In this document: in pieces, positions 19,655-30,297 of the stretch
Numbering within the stretch: position 1 is the first letter of the stretch
How the letters are laid out: the number at the start of each line of letters is the position of its first letter
NCBI GenBank assembly: GCA_963821525.1
Contig: CAWGED010000005.1
Location: 256,001-320,000, forward strand
DNA: 64,000 nucleotides
Direction of reading: 5' to 3'
From: an uncultured Gemmatimonadales bacterium
GTDB taxonomy: Bacteria > Gemmatimonadota > Gemmatimonadetes > Gemmatimonadales > GWC2-71-9
The notes under the pieces: generated by a model
Databases searched by the model: none
The model's input: the letters and a program-made list of their open reading frames with translations, nothing else
Told to the model about the DNA's origin: nothing
Position numbers and translations under genes: made by a program

Positions 19655-20353
19655 GTGATCCGACTAACCGACCTCGAGAAGTCCTTCGACACCAAGCCGT
19701 CGCCGACCTACGTTCTGCGCCGGATCAATCTGACGATCCAGCCCGGCGAGTTCGTCACCATCATGGGGCCCTCGGGTGCGGGAAAGTCGACGCTGCTCGC
19801 GATTCTTGGGATGCTCGACGGCGAGTACCGGGGGCAATACGAATTCAAGGGACAGCAGGTCCAACCCCTCAAGCCAAAGCAGCGGGCGGAGCTGGCCAAG
19901 CAGTCGGTGGGATTCGTCTTCCAGCAGTATCATTTGCTCGACGATCTCACGGTGGCGGAGAATCTCGATATGCCGCTTTCCTATCGGGACCTCCGGAGCT
20001 CGGAGCGTGCGGCGCTGGTGGCCGATACGCTGGATCGATTTCACATCGTCGGAAAAAAGGACCTCTATCCCCGCCAGCTCTCCGGCGGCCAGCAACAACT
20101 GATCGCGGTGGCCCGGGCAATCATCGCCAAGCCGGCACTGTTGCTTGCCGACGAGCCCACCGGAAATCTCCATTCCGCCCAGGGCCGGGAGATCATGGAA
20201 CTGTTCTGCAAGCTCAACGCGGCGGGTACCACGATTATTCAGGTGACCCACTCTCTGGAGAACGCGCAGTACGGCAGCCGGATCGTGGAGTTGAAAGACG
20301 GCTGGATGGTTGGGGATGCAGCTGTGAGCCGTCAGCCGTCAGCCGTCAGCTGA
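19655..20353 (+). CDS. ABC transporter ATP-binding protein 2
   Basis: [38 protein letters not shown]; last residues (SRQPSAVS) are encoded by the AGCCGTC array. Confidence 0.93.
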   Translation: MIRLTDLEKSFDTKPSPTYVLRRINLTIQPGEFVTIMGPSGAGKSTLLAILGMLDGEYRGQYEFKGQQVQPLKPKQRAELAKQSVGFVFQQYHLLDDLTVAENLDMPLSYRDLRSSERAALVADTLDRFHIVGKKDLYPRQLSGGQQQLIAVARAIIAKPALLLADEPTGNLHSAQGREIMELFCKLNAAGTTIIQVTHSLENAQYGSRIVELKDGWMVGDAAVSRQPSAVS

Positions 20354-20934
20354 GAGCCGTCAGCCGTCAGCCGTCAGCCGTCAAGCCTAAGACAGGCCGG
20401 CTATCTGCTGTCGCCAATCAAGATCTTCGGTTGTTCGAGTTTAAGGGTCGCTGAAGTGTCGAAATGAAGGTGTTGAGCATTCGCTGAATCTCGACAGCAA
20501 GTGCGGTTAGCGTCGTGTAATCGTCGTGGGACAGAAGCTCGATGTCTTTGGCCATCAGTAAGAAGTATTCAGTCTCCGCAGCGGAGCGCCTTGCGATGAT
20601 GAGATATCGGGCGGTTTCGCGGTCGCTTGAGCACGCGGTTCCCTCAACGATGTTGGCAGGAACCGAGGAAGCGCAGCGCAGTAGTTGGGCCGCAATGGTG
20701 TAGCGGGCCCAATTGGGGAATGCCTTGGTGACGCGGCATACTCCGATATTGAGCTCGTGGGCTTTCACCCAGACCTTGAGTTTGGAAAAATGTTGCACGG
20801 CGATCTCTCATGTTCCCTCAACACTAGTGTGACCAGGCCTTGGTAGTGCATCATTTGCCGACGGCGCTATGCTAGAAAACGCGGTTTCTCCTGCTTATGT
20901 CTGTTCTGACGGCTGACGGCTGACGGCTGACGGC
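20327..20934. mobile_element. Putative 608-bp cassette: four-helix-bundle gene between inverted (AGCCGTC)n/(GACGGCT)n arrays
   Basis: 7 perfect AGCCGTC plus 1 variant at 20327-20383; 4 perfect CTGACGG at 20906-20934; enclosed gene is antisense to the operon and lower in GC; mobility is inferred, not shown. Confidence 0.55.
20418..20798 (-). CDS. Four helix bundle protein (23S rRNA intervening-sequence protein / Avd-like family)
   Basis: FSKLKVWVKAHEL, FPxxxRYxxxxQLLRCASSVPANIVEG, ARYLIIARRSAAETEYFLLMAKDIELL match the family pattern; 126 aa; ~54% GC by hand count. Confidence 0.9.
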   Translation of the reverse strand: MQHFSKLKVWVKAHELNIGVCRVTKAFPNWARYTIAAQLLRCASSVPANIVEGTACSSDRETARYLIIARRSAAETEYFLLMAKDIELLSHDDYTTLTALAVEIQRMLNTFISTLQRPLNSNNRRS

Positions 20935-20951
20935 GACTTCAACCCCTGGCC

Positions 20952-22301
20952 ATGTCTTCAATCCTCATCGCGGACGACCAACCCGACATCCTTCAGGCTC
21001 TCCGGTTCTTACTAAAGGCCGAAGGCTTTGCCGTCGATACGGTCAGCTCGCCAGGAGGCGTGCTGTCGGCGATCGAACGGAAGGATTACGACGTCGTCCT
21101 GATGGACCTCAACTACACTCGGGACACCACGTCAGGCCGTGAAGGATTCGATCTCCTCAGCCGGATCCGGTTGCTCGACGCGACACTCCCGGTCGTGGTG
21201 ATGACCGCCTACAGCAGCGTCGAGGGCGCAGTCGAGGCGATGCGGGGCGGCGCCCGAGATTATGTCGAGAAGCCGTGGGACAATGCTCGGCTGGTTGCGA
21301 CGCTCAAGACTCAGGTCGAGCTGGGCAAGGCGTTGCGCAAGAGCCTCCGGCTGGAGAGCGAGAACCAGAGCCTCCGCCGCGAAGGCGTACCCGACATGGT
21401 CGCCGAGTCGCCCGCGATGCGCGCGGTGATGCGGTTGATGGAGCGGGTGGGGCCGTCGGAAGCGAACGCCGTCATCCTGGGCGAGCACGGCACAGGCAAG
21501 GAGGTGGCGGCGCGCTGGCTGCACGCCGCCTCGGCGCGGGCCCAGAGACCGATGATCACGGTGAATGTGGGCGGCCTCTCCGAGGGTGTTTTCGAGAGCG
21601 AGCTCTTCGGTCACCTGAAGGGAGCTTTCACCGATGCCAAGGCCGACCGCATCGGGCGCTTCGAGCTGGCGGATGGTGGGACGCTGCTCCTGGACGAGAT
21701 CGCCAACATCACTCTCGGCCAGCAGGCCAAGCTGCTGCGCGTCCTGCAAATCGGGGAATTGGAACGGGTCGGCTCCTCCAAGACCCGCAAGGTCGACGTT
21801 CGAGTCCTCTCGGCGACCAACGCCGATCTCCGGGCAGAAGTTGCCGCCGGGCGTTTCCGGGAAGATCTGCTCTACCGCCTCAACACCATCGAGATCCGGC
21901 TTCCTCCGCTCCGGGATCGGCGGGAAGACATCCCGCTTCTCGCGAGCACCTTCCTCCGCCGTCACGCGACGCGCTACCGGAAGCCGGTCACCGGGTTCAA
22001 CCCGGCAGCGATGCAGGCCCTGCTGAGTTACATCTGGCCCGGCAACGTCCGCGAGCTCGACCATACTATTGAAAGGGCGGTCCTTCTTACGGATCAGGCC
22101 GAAATCGATCCCGCCGACCTGAGTCTCATGCCACCTTCCGACGGCGCCGCCCAGTTGGAGGCGATGACACTCGAGGATGTGGAGCGGTTGCTGGTGCAGA
22201 AAGCGCTGGCTCGCTCCGGCGGCAGTGTGTCGGATGCGGCGAAAGCGCTGGGCCTCAGTCGAAGTGCACTGTATCGGCGGCTTGAGCGGTTTGGGATGTA
22301 G
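20952..22301 (+). CDS. Sigma54-dependent response regulator (NtrC/AtoC family)
   Basis: Receiver (IADD, LMDLN), AAA+ [45 protein letters not shown], Fis HTH. Confidence 0.96.
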   Translation: MSSILIADDQPDILQALRFLLKAEGFAVDTVSSPGGVLSAIERKDYDVVLMDLNYTRDTTSGREGFDLLSRIRLLDATLPVVVMTAYSSVEGAVEAMRGGARDYVEKPWDNARLVATLKTQVELGKALRKSLRLESENQSLRREGVPDMVAESPAMRAVMRLMERVGPSEANAVILGEHGTGKEVAARWLHAASARAQRPMITVNVGGLSEGVFESELFGHLKGAFTDAKADRIGRFELADGGTLLLDEIANITLGQQAKLLRVLQIGELERVGSSKTRKVDVRVLSATNADLRAEVAAGRFREDLLYRLNTIEIRLPPLRDRREDIPLLASTFLRRHATRYRKPVTGFNPAAMQALLSYIWPGNVRELDHTIERAVLLTDQAEIDPADLSLMPPSDGAAQLEAMTLEDVERLLVQKALARSGGSVSDAAKALGLSRSALYRRLERFGM

Positions 22302-22303
22302 TA

Positions 22304-22438
22304 CAGCCGTCAGCGCAGCTCAGCCGTCAGCAGGGCACCTCAAGTTGGTTAGATCCCTCGCCGCTACGATCCCCGGGATGAGGTACTCTGAAATGCTCTC
22401 GCTGATGGCTGACGGCTGACGGCTGATGCTGACGGCTG
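22304..22438. repeat. Empty inverted AGCCGTC/GACGGCT pair with a REP half-site in the loop
   Basis: cagccgtcagcgcagctcagccgtcagc 22304-22331; gctgatggctgacggctgacggctgatgctgacggctg 22401-22438. Confidence 0.82.
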
Positions 22439-22465
22439 CCGTCTCACCCCCACATATTCCCGCCA

Positions 22466-23783
22466 ATGCGCTCCACATCCCACCCAAAACGAGTCCTGCT
22501 GCTGGCACTGATGGCGACGCTGCCCGCCACGGTGTTCGCGCTGGTCTTCGTGTGGGTGGGAGACTACTCCTCGAAGGTCCAATGGACCGTCACGATGGTG
22601 GTGGCGCTCGGGCTTCTGATCGGCGCGACCGCAGTGTACGACCGTGTCGTCCTTCCACTCCAGACCGTTTCCAATCTCCTCGCCGCTCTGCGCGAGGGCG
22701 ACTACTCCCTGCGCGCCCGGGGCGCCACGCCGGATGATCCACTGGGACTGGTTTATCTCGAGGCGAACGCGCTGCGCGACACGCTCCGCGAACAGCGACT
22801 CGGCGCTCTCGAAGCAACCGCCCTGCTTCGCACGGTGATGGCGGAGATCGACGTCGCGGTCCTGAGCTTCGATGAGAATGGACGGCTGCGGCTGGTGAAT
22901 CGGGCCGGGGAACGGTTTCTCGGGCAGCCGGCCGAGCGCGCCCTCGGGCTCGACGCGGAGACCTTGGGACTCGCGGGCAGCTTCGAGGGAGAGAGCCCTC
23001 GGGTGATCGAACGGGGCAGCACGCCCGCCGTCCGCTGGGAGTTGCGTCGCACCAGCTTTCGGGAGGGAGGAAAACCGCACCAGTTGCTCGTGTCTGGCGG
23101 ATGTGAGCCGCACACTCCAGGTCGAAGAGAGGCAGGCATGGCAGCGGCTGGTCCGCGTCCTGAGCCACGAGATCAACAATTCTCTGGCGCCGATTCGGTC
23201 CCTCGCCGGCAGCCTGCGCTCGGCGCTGGATCGCCGGGCCACTCCCAGCGAGACGGATGGCGCCGATCTGCGTCACGGACTCGACATCATCGGTCAACGC
23301 GCGGAAGCGTTGGCGCGCTTCATGGGCGCCTACGCCCGACTCGCCCGATTGCCCAAACCGGTCCTGGCGAAGATGGCGGTCGAGCCCTGGGTCCAGCGCG
23401 TGGTGGGACTGGTCCAGGATACCCGAGTCCGCATTGCCGGCGGACCCGAAGTGAGCATCGCGGCCGACGCCGATCAGCTGGATCAGTTGCTGATCAACCT
23501 GGTGCGCAACGCGATTGAAGCGATGGGCGGAGGCCCTGGCGAAGTCACGGTAAGCTGGAAAAAGGCAGGGCAGGGGCTGGAGCTATTCGTGGAAGATGAT
23601 GGCCCCGGCCTGAGTGAGACCGGCAACCTCTTCGTTCCTTTCTATACCACGAAGCCCGGCGGTTCCGGGATCGGGCTGGTCCTGAGCCGGCAAATCGCCG
23701 AGGGCCACCGTGGGGCCCTTCATTTAGAGAACAGGCGAGGCCGGGCCGGGTGCAGGGCCAAGGTCTGGCTTCCGGTCCTCTGA
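22466..23783 (+). CDS. Sensor histidine kinase (NtrY-like; TM, PAS, HisKA, HATPase; frameshift ~23095)
   Basis: Two TM segments, PAS-like region, H-box RVLSHEINNSLAPI, NLVRNAIEA, EDDGPGL, FVPFYTTKPGGSGIGL. Confidence 0.92.
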
Positions 23784-23900
23784 TCCCGTCTCGCTGGAAC
23801 GTATCCTGCCTCCTGTAGCTTCCGGAATCGGGCGAGCCGAGCTGAAGCACAAAGCGTTTGACAGGCTGACTCCGGCCCGGTAGGTTGATGTAACTCCCTG

Positions 23901-26900
23901 TTGGGCAATCGTTTCCCGTCGTCAGGACCATTCGTGGCGAGCTTCGGTAAGCCGAGCCGTCGGGGTAGTCTTGTGAGGGTTTCCCAGGTTCTCCTGGGGG
24001 TTTTTGTGTTGACCACCTGTGGTCAGGACTGCAGCAACCGGTCCGGGCCGCCAGGTGAACGGGTACATCGATGCGACCGCCCTGCTTCGGGCCGGTGGGC
24101 AAGTCCCGATCCCGGTTACCGAAGTCTTCGTAGAGTTACGCCGCACCAGCGATTCCTCCGTCGCATTCAGCCGGCTCCTCACCGGCAGCGAGATCGATCA
24201 GGCCGCGACGACTCTCCAAGTACGAATCCGGGTCGAGCTGCATCAGTCACCGGAAGATTTCTTTCTCTGCTGCAGGCGCGGGGCGGCGGTGTCACGTACT
24301 ACGAGGTGCGCAGCACTGTCACCGCGACTTCCGGCGGCCGACCACGACCCAGCCGTATACACCGCAATACGTCGGCCCCGGCGCGAGCGGGGTGGACAGC
24401 GTCGTACTCGCGATTTCCAATCCGTACACTCCGGCCGGTGGTACCACAGTCGCGACCGCATCGGTCTACGCCAACAATGCCGTGGTGCCCGGTGTCCCCG
24501 TCGGCTTCATCTCTAGCGATCCCACCAAAGTTCCGACGCCGGTCAACAACGGGATCAGCCAAGCGGTGGTCCTCGCTCCGCCGACCGGGGACGACAGCGT
24601 CGTGATCACCGCAGTGACGCCGGTTCTGCCGGCGGTCTCCGACACGGCGACCTTCCACTACGTCCCGGTCGCGGCCCGCATCATCGCGGTTTCGGGTGAC
24701 GCGCAATCGGGTCTCATCGGAACCGCCTTCGGGCTGCCGCTCATCGTGGAGGTTCAGGACGCTGGTGGAGCTCCGTATCGCGGCGGGTACCCGGTCGCGT
24801 TTGGCGTGGCGAGCGGGCCGACCGGCACGTCGGTGGCGCCCACCACGGTCAACACGGATCTGACTGGTCGAGCGCAGACCATACTCACGGCAGGGAGTGC
24901 TGTCGGGACCCTCTCGGTGACTGCGACTGCAACGGGACTGACCGGCTCGCCATTGACCTTCAATGGCACGGTGACAACCGGCGGTCCCGGGGTCCCGACC
25001 ACCGTCGCGGTCGCCGGGGGCAACAACCAGAGCGACAGCGTGAACCACGTCCTGCGCGAACCCACTGGTCGTTTTGGTGAGCGACCAAGTTCGGCAATCC
25101 CGTTTCGGGCGTCACCGTTTCATGGACCGCGAGCGACGGGAGTCTCTCGGCACCGACCTCCAACACCAATGCCAGCGGCCAAGCCTCGATCAACTGGACG
25201 CTGGGCTCCGCCCAAGCCAATCCGACCGTTACCGCGACCGTATCGGGCCTCACACCAGTGGTGTTCCAGGCGACGACGCTCTTCCCAGGGCCCCAGGTTC
25301 TGATCTCGCAGGCGGGCGTTCCCGGCGTAGGGATCGGGCTTACCGCGACGATAGACGTTGCTTTGACGGGCCCGGCCGGCGCGGGCGGAGTCTCGGTGGC
25401 GCTGTCGAGTTCGGCGACGGGAATCTTCACCGTCGCTCCGGCGACTCTGAACATCCCGCAGGGTGCCACGGCGGGAACGGCCACGATCACCGGGGTATCG
25501 AGCGGTATCGCGACGCTCACCGGAACCGCGACCGGATACATCACCGGGTCGCTGTCGGTTAACGTGCAGAACCGGAACATCAGCATCCCCGTCACGCTGA
25601 ACGTTCCCTACGGTCAGAGCGGCGTGTCGCTGCCGATTCAGATTCCCGCACCCGCGCCAGCCGGCGGGGTGACCTTCACGGTGACCTCGAGCGCGCCAAC
25701 CCTGGTTGGAGTATCGACGCCCACGGTGACTATCGCCGCGGGAGGCCAGACGGCGAACGCGCTGCTGAATGGTCTGCTGCCGGGTCCATCCACGGTCACC
25801 GTCGCCAACGCTGCGTATGTGACGGCGACCTCTACCGTGACCACCGCGGCGGCGCTCGATCTCCAGCAGACCTCGGCCACCCTCAACTCGAGTTTCGGCG
25901 TCCAGGTCGATATCAACTTCACCAGCAATAGCCAGGGCATCGCGGCGCCGGCGCCGGGCGTTCCGGTTGTGCGGTGATCACCGATGCGACCTGCCTCAAG
26001 GCTGTCACCAGTCCGATCACGATTCCGACCGGTATGGTATCGGTCCCGATGGCGCTGGTGTACGGCGGGACGGCCAGCTTGCCGTGCACGACGCAGCTCA
26101 AGGTGACCGCGGCCAACATCCAGCCGACAGCATCAGCGTCACGGTCCAGCCACAGCCTGCCATTACGCTCAATGCGGCGACGGTGGGCAGCGGACTTCAA
26201 GTGGCGGTATCGGGTCTGCTGGGCGCTACGAATCATGGCGGCGCCACGGTGACGCTGAGCAGCGGAAACAGCAACTTGCTTCTCTCCCGCAACGCCACGA
26301 CGCCGGGCTCGGCCTCCATAACGGTGACCGTCCCGGTATTCCAGCAGAGCTTCAGCTACTACATCCAGGCCAAGGAGGGGCTGACTGGGACGACGCCGAT
26401 TACGGTTACCGCGCGGGCGCCGGGCTTTATCGACGGCACCATCAACCATGACCTGGTGCAAGGTGCGATCGACCTGATCGGGGTTCCGACAAGCACGACC
26501 ACGTTGTCGTCGAGTTCCGCCATCTATGCGCGGACGGGTATTCCGAATTCCCAGACGTCACCTACTGGGCTGGTTCAGCTCCAAGCGATCCGTGCCGGGG
26601 CGCCGGGTGCTCTAATCGTCACATTCCAGGATGACGATCCCAACGGCGCGTCGACCCTGATCGTGAAGGGCCCGGTCACCCAGGATACACTCAACGCGCA
26701 GGTTCCGGTGGGGGGCACCAACACGCCGACGGATACGACTTCGGGCGGTGTCGCGATTCTGCCCCAGGGTTCGGGCACCAGCACCATCTCCGCAATAGCG
26801 GCGGGCTTCCTCCAGGTACCCACCGCGGTGGCGTCACCGGTCACTATCGCCCAGCCCGGTATCACGCTGAGCAGCGGGAATGTCGGCAGCGGGCTTCAGG

Positions 26901-28935
26901 TCAGCGCCTCGGGCAACCTCGCCGCTCCGAACCACGGTGGTGTCGGCGTTACCCTGACCAGCGGGAATGCGGCCCTGCTGTTCTCGCCCAACGCTACGAC
27001 ACCGGGTACCAGCAGCATCACGGTCAATGTACCGAACGGCCAGACCTTCTTCAGCTACTACGTGCAGGGCCTCGAGGGCCAAACCGGGACCAGGCCGGTC
27101 ACGCTCACTGCCAGCGCTCCGGGCTTTGCCGACGGTACCACGACGTACAACCTGATGCAGGGCGCCATCGACCTGATCGGGGTGCCAGCCAATACCACTA
27201 CGTTGTCGCCGATTGCCAGCATCTACGCTCGGACTGGTGTCCCGAATTCGACCTCCTCCCCCACGGGCCTGACGCAGCTGCAGGATGTGAGAGCCGGAGC
27301 TCCAGGCCCGGTGACGGTGGTCTTCCAAGACAACGATCCCAATGGCGCCACGACGCTCATCGTGAAGGGTCCGACTACCCAGGACACGCTCACCGCACAG
27401 GTCCCCGTCCTCGGTTCCAACACGCCGACCGACACGACGTCGGGCGGAGTAGCACTCCTGCCGCAGGCTGCGGGCACCAGTACCATTTCGGCGGTCGCGA
27501 CCGGCTTCCTACAGGTGACATCTCGGCGGGCCTGGGGTAACCGTCGCTCAGCCGACCTCAGCGTCAGCGCGGTCACCGTGGGCAGCGGGCTTCAGATCAA
27601 CACTTTCGGCAACCTGGCCGCTCCGGCGCCGACCGCGAACTTCCCGGTGACGTTGGTGAGCGGCAACCCCAACCTGCTGCTGGCGCCCAACGCCACCACC
27701 GTCGGCACGGGCTCGATCACCTTGACCCTGGCGCAGGGCGCCCAGTCCTTCTCGTTCTACGTGCAGGGCAAGGAAGGACTGACCGGGACCACGTCGGTCA
27801 CGGTGACCGGCAGTGCCGCCGGCTTCGCCGACGGGACGGCGAACATGAGCCTGGTGCAGGGCGCGCTTGATCTGATCGGGGTTCCGGCGAATACCACGAC
27901 GCTCTCGCCGATCTCGAACATCTACGCCCGAACCGGCATTCCGAACGTGCAGATCTCGCCGACAGCCCTGACCCAGTTGCAGAATGTGCGCTTCGGCGCT
28001 CCGGGGGCGCTGACGGTCAATTTCCTGAGCACGAGCGCTGCCGTGGCGGATCTGCTCAAGGCCGGCCCGTCTGCCTCGGGAAGCCAGACGGCCACGATTC
28101 CGATCGGAAGTTCCAATACTCCGACCGACACCACCTCGGGCGGGGTCGCTATCCGGCCTCTGCTCTCCGGCACCACGACGATCAGGGCCTCGATCACCGG
28201 CTTCCTTCAGGTCACCAGCGCTGCCGGCTCCCCGGTCTCGATCGCGCAGCCCGGGATCACGGTGAACGGGACAACCGTGGGGAGCGGCCTCCAGATCAAT
28301 GCCTTCGGCTCGCTCGGCGCCCCGAACCATGGCGGTGTGACGGTCACGCTGGTAAGCAGCAACGGAGCGCTCCTGCTCGCGCCCGATGCGAATACGCCGG
28401 GCACCAGCTCCATCAACATCTTCGTCCCGAACGGCACCCAGTCCTTCGGGTTCTACGAGCAGGGCCTGGAGGGACAGACCGACACCGTGACGGCGGCGAT
28501 TACCGCTACCGCCTCCGGCTTCACGACCGGCAACGGCACGGCGGACGTGGTACCTGCGGCTTCGATGTGATCGGGCTGCCGGCTTCGCCGACCGCGGGAG
28601 GGCCGGATGTCGCCTTCTACGTCCGAACCGGCATTGCCAACCAGACCTACACCGCCCTGACCCAGCTGCAGAACGTCCGGGATCGGGGCGCCCGCAGCCG
28701 ATCAACGTCACGGTAGCGACCGACGCCGTGGCCATCGGCCCGCTGGTGACGAGTAGCGGGACTGCCGCCAGTGTCCCGCTGCAGATTCCCGTGCTGAGCT
28801 CCAACACGCCGACCAGTGTTGCCACTGGTGGCGTGGCCTTCCGTCCCGCCGCTGGCCGGTGCCGTGACGATCACCACGACCATTCCAGGGCTGATCGGCA
28901 CGACCTCCGCGATCACAATCATCACGGTCCAGTAA
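23901..28935 (+). CDS. Large Thr/Gly/Ala/Val-rich surface protein with Ig-like (Big_1-type) domains and four ~233-aa tandem repeats (many frameshifts)
   Basis: Signal-like LLGVFVLTTC; VSGDAQSG/AGGNNQS...TDLTGRAQT Ig-like units; VGSGLQ repeats start at 26183, 26882, 27578 and 28277; ends ITIITVQ-TAA 28935; reconstructed by eye from several frames. Confidence 0.78.
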
Positions 28936-28952
28936 AGCGACCTAACCCCCTG

Positions 28953-28978
28953 TCCCCCTTCCCTACTGGGAAGGGGGA
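28953..28978. repeat. REP-like hairpin TCCCCCTTCCC-N4-GGGAAGGGGGA
   Basis: Perfect 11-bp stem just after the surface-protein stop, preceded by aaccccctg. Confidence 0.7.
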
Positions 28979-29018
28979 ACGGTAGCCGTTGGCTCCTCGA
29001 TTCGATCGTCGGCGATAG

Positions 29019-29115
29019 CTGTCATTCCGAGACGTAGCGAGGAAACCAGATGCCTGGCCTCTCGCGGAGCCTTCCGCAGTGGGATTCCTCGTCGCTTCGC
29101 TCCTCGGAATGACAG
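29019..29115. repeat. REP/MITE-like element with 13-bp terminal inverted repeats CTGTCATTCCGAG
   Basis: 29019-29031 / 29103-29115 perfect; inner cgaggaa/ttcctcg pair. Confidence 0.8.
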
Positions 29116-29141
29116 TTCAACAAGGGATGGTTCCCTGATCG

Positions 29142-29189
29142 ACTTTACATTACAAAGTACTTGACATTACTGCCTCCAGCCCCAAGATT
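29142..29189 (+). promoter_or_regulatory. Operator ACTTT-N7-AAAGT abutting a sigma70-type promoter (likely leaderless transcript)
   Basis: ACTTTACATTACAAAGTACTT 29142-29162; TTGACA 29161-29166, 17-nt spacer, AAGATT 29184-29189, ATG at 29196. Confidence 0.65.
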
Positions 29190-29195
29190 GCAGCC

Positions 29196-29816
29196 ATGCC
29201 CGCCCGCCCCGTCCGTCCCGTCCGCCCTGTCTCCGACACCGAAATCCCGATCCAGGATCGGGCGCTGGAGAACCTGCGCTTTATCCGGGACACGATGGAG
29301 CACGCCGGACCCTTTACCGCCGTGCCAGGGTGGGGTGGGGTAGCGATGGGGGTAACGGCGCTGGGAGCGGCTCTGGTTGCGCAGGCCCAGACTACCCCCG
29401 ACCGGTGGCTGCTCGCCTGGATCGTCGAAGGCTGGCTGGCGTTTGCGATTGGGGGAGTGGCCATGGTAAGGAAAGCGGGAATCGGTTCTACCCCGCTCAC
29501 TTCCAAGCCCGGGCGCCGCTTCGTCCTCGCCTACGCCCCGCCGATGCTGGTCGGTGGCCTCCTCACGTTCGCTCTCTACCGGGCCGGGCTCACCGGGTTG
29601 CTTCCGGCTCTCTGGTTGCTGCTGTACGGCACCGCAGTGGTTACCGGTGGCGCCATGTCGGTTCCTGTGGTCCCCGTGATGGGGGCCTGCTTCATTCTCC
29701 TGGGGGCCATCGCACTGTTGGCGCCGGTCGCCTGGAGTAACGCCCTGATGGCCCTCGGCTTCGGAGGGTTGCACATCGGATTCGGGGCCTGGATTGCAAG
29801 GAGGTACGGTGGCTAA
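29196..29816 (+). CDS. Integral membrane protein (about 6 TM)
   Basis: ALENLRFIRDTME N-terminus, hydrophobic helices, GFGGLHIGFG C-terminus; overlaps the regulator start. Confidence 0.8.
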   Translation: MPARPVRPVRPVSDTEIPIQDRALENLRFIRDTMEHAGPFTAVPGWGGVAMGVTALGAALVAQAQTTPDRWLLAWIVEGWLAFAIGGVAMVRKAGIGSTPLTSKPGRRFVLAYAPPMLVGGLLTFALYRAGLTGLLPALWLLLYGTAVVTGGAMSVPVVPVMGACFILLGAIALLAPVAWSNALMALGFGGLHIGFGAWIARRYGG

Positions 29817-30192
29817 GTCGAACGCGGCCCGGCAAACTGCGGGCGGAAAACCAGCAGCGACCAAACGCCTGGAGGCGATAGCGGGGCTCAAGGCCGCGGC
29901 ACCGGCAGAGCTCGATCGCCTGATTCACGAGCGGCTCCGGCTCGGCGTGGTGAGCGCCCTCGCGGTCAACCCGTCGCTCACGTTCAATGAGCTCAAGGCC
30001 CTGCTCAAGACCACCGACGGTAACCTCAGCGTCCATGCCCGGAAGCTGGAGGACGCGGGCTACGTGCAGTGCACCAAGTCGTTCGAGGGGCGGACGCCGC
30101 GCACCGAATACCGGTTGGCTGCGGCTGGGCGGAGAGCGCTGGAAGACTATCTGGACCACATGGAGGGGTTGATAAGGATGATGAGGGGGTAG
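29809..30192 (+). CDS. Winged-helix transcriptional regulator (MarR/ArsR-like, HTH_34 type)
   Basis: LDRLIHERLRLGVVSAL, TFNELKALLKTTDGNLSVHARKLEDAGYV, RTPRTEYRL; AGGAGG before GTG 29809. Confidence 0.9.
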   Translation: MAKSNAARQTAGGKPAATKRLEAIAGLKAAAPAELDRLIHERLRLGVVSALAVNPSLTFNELKALLKTTDGNLSVHARKLEDAGYVQCTKSFEGRTPRTEYRLAAAGRRALEDYLDHMEGLIRMMRG

Positions 30193-30193
30193 G

Positions 30194-30237
30194 GACGGGA
30201 GACAGGAGTCAGGAGACAGGGACGAGACGACGGGAGA
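30194..30237 (+). repeat. Degenerate heptamer array (GACAGGA/GACGGGA)n
   Basis: gacgggagacaggagtcaggagacaggg...gacgggaga immediately after the regulator stop. Confidence 0.7.
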
Positions 30238-30297
30238 AGTGTCAGGGGACGACGTTAGACCTTGACCTCGACACTTCGACCCTTTTTTTAACCCCTA

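Noticed and set aside
20418..20798. Diversity-generating retroelement (Avd-like gene)
   Set aside because: No reverse transcriptase and no template/variable repeat pair differing at adenines was seen in the window.
20327..20934. Classical IS element or rRNA intervening sequence
   Set aside because: There is no transposase, no evident target-site duplication and no rRNA sequence around it.
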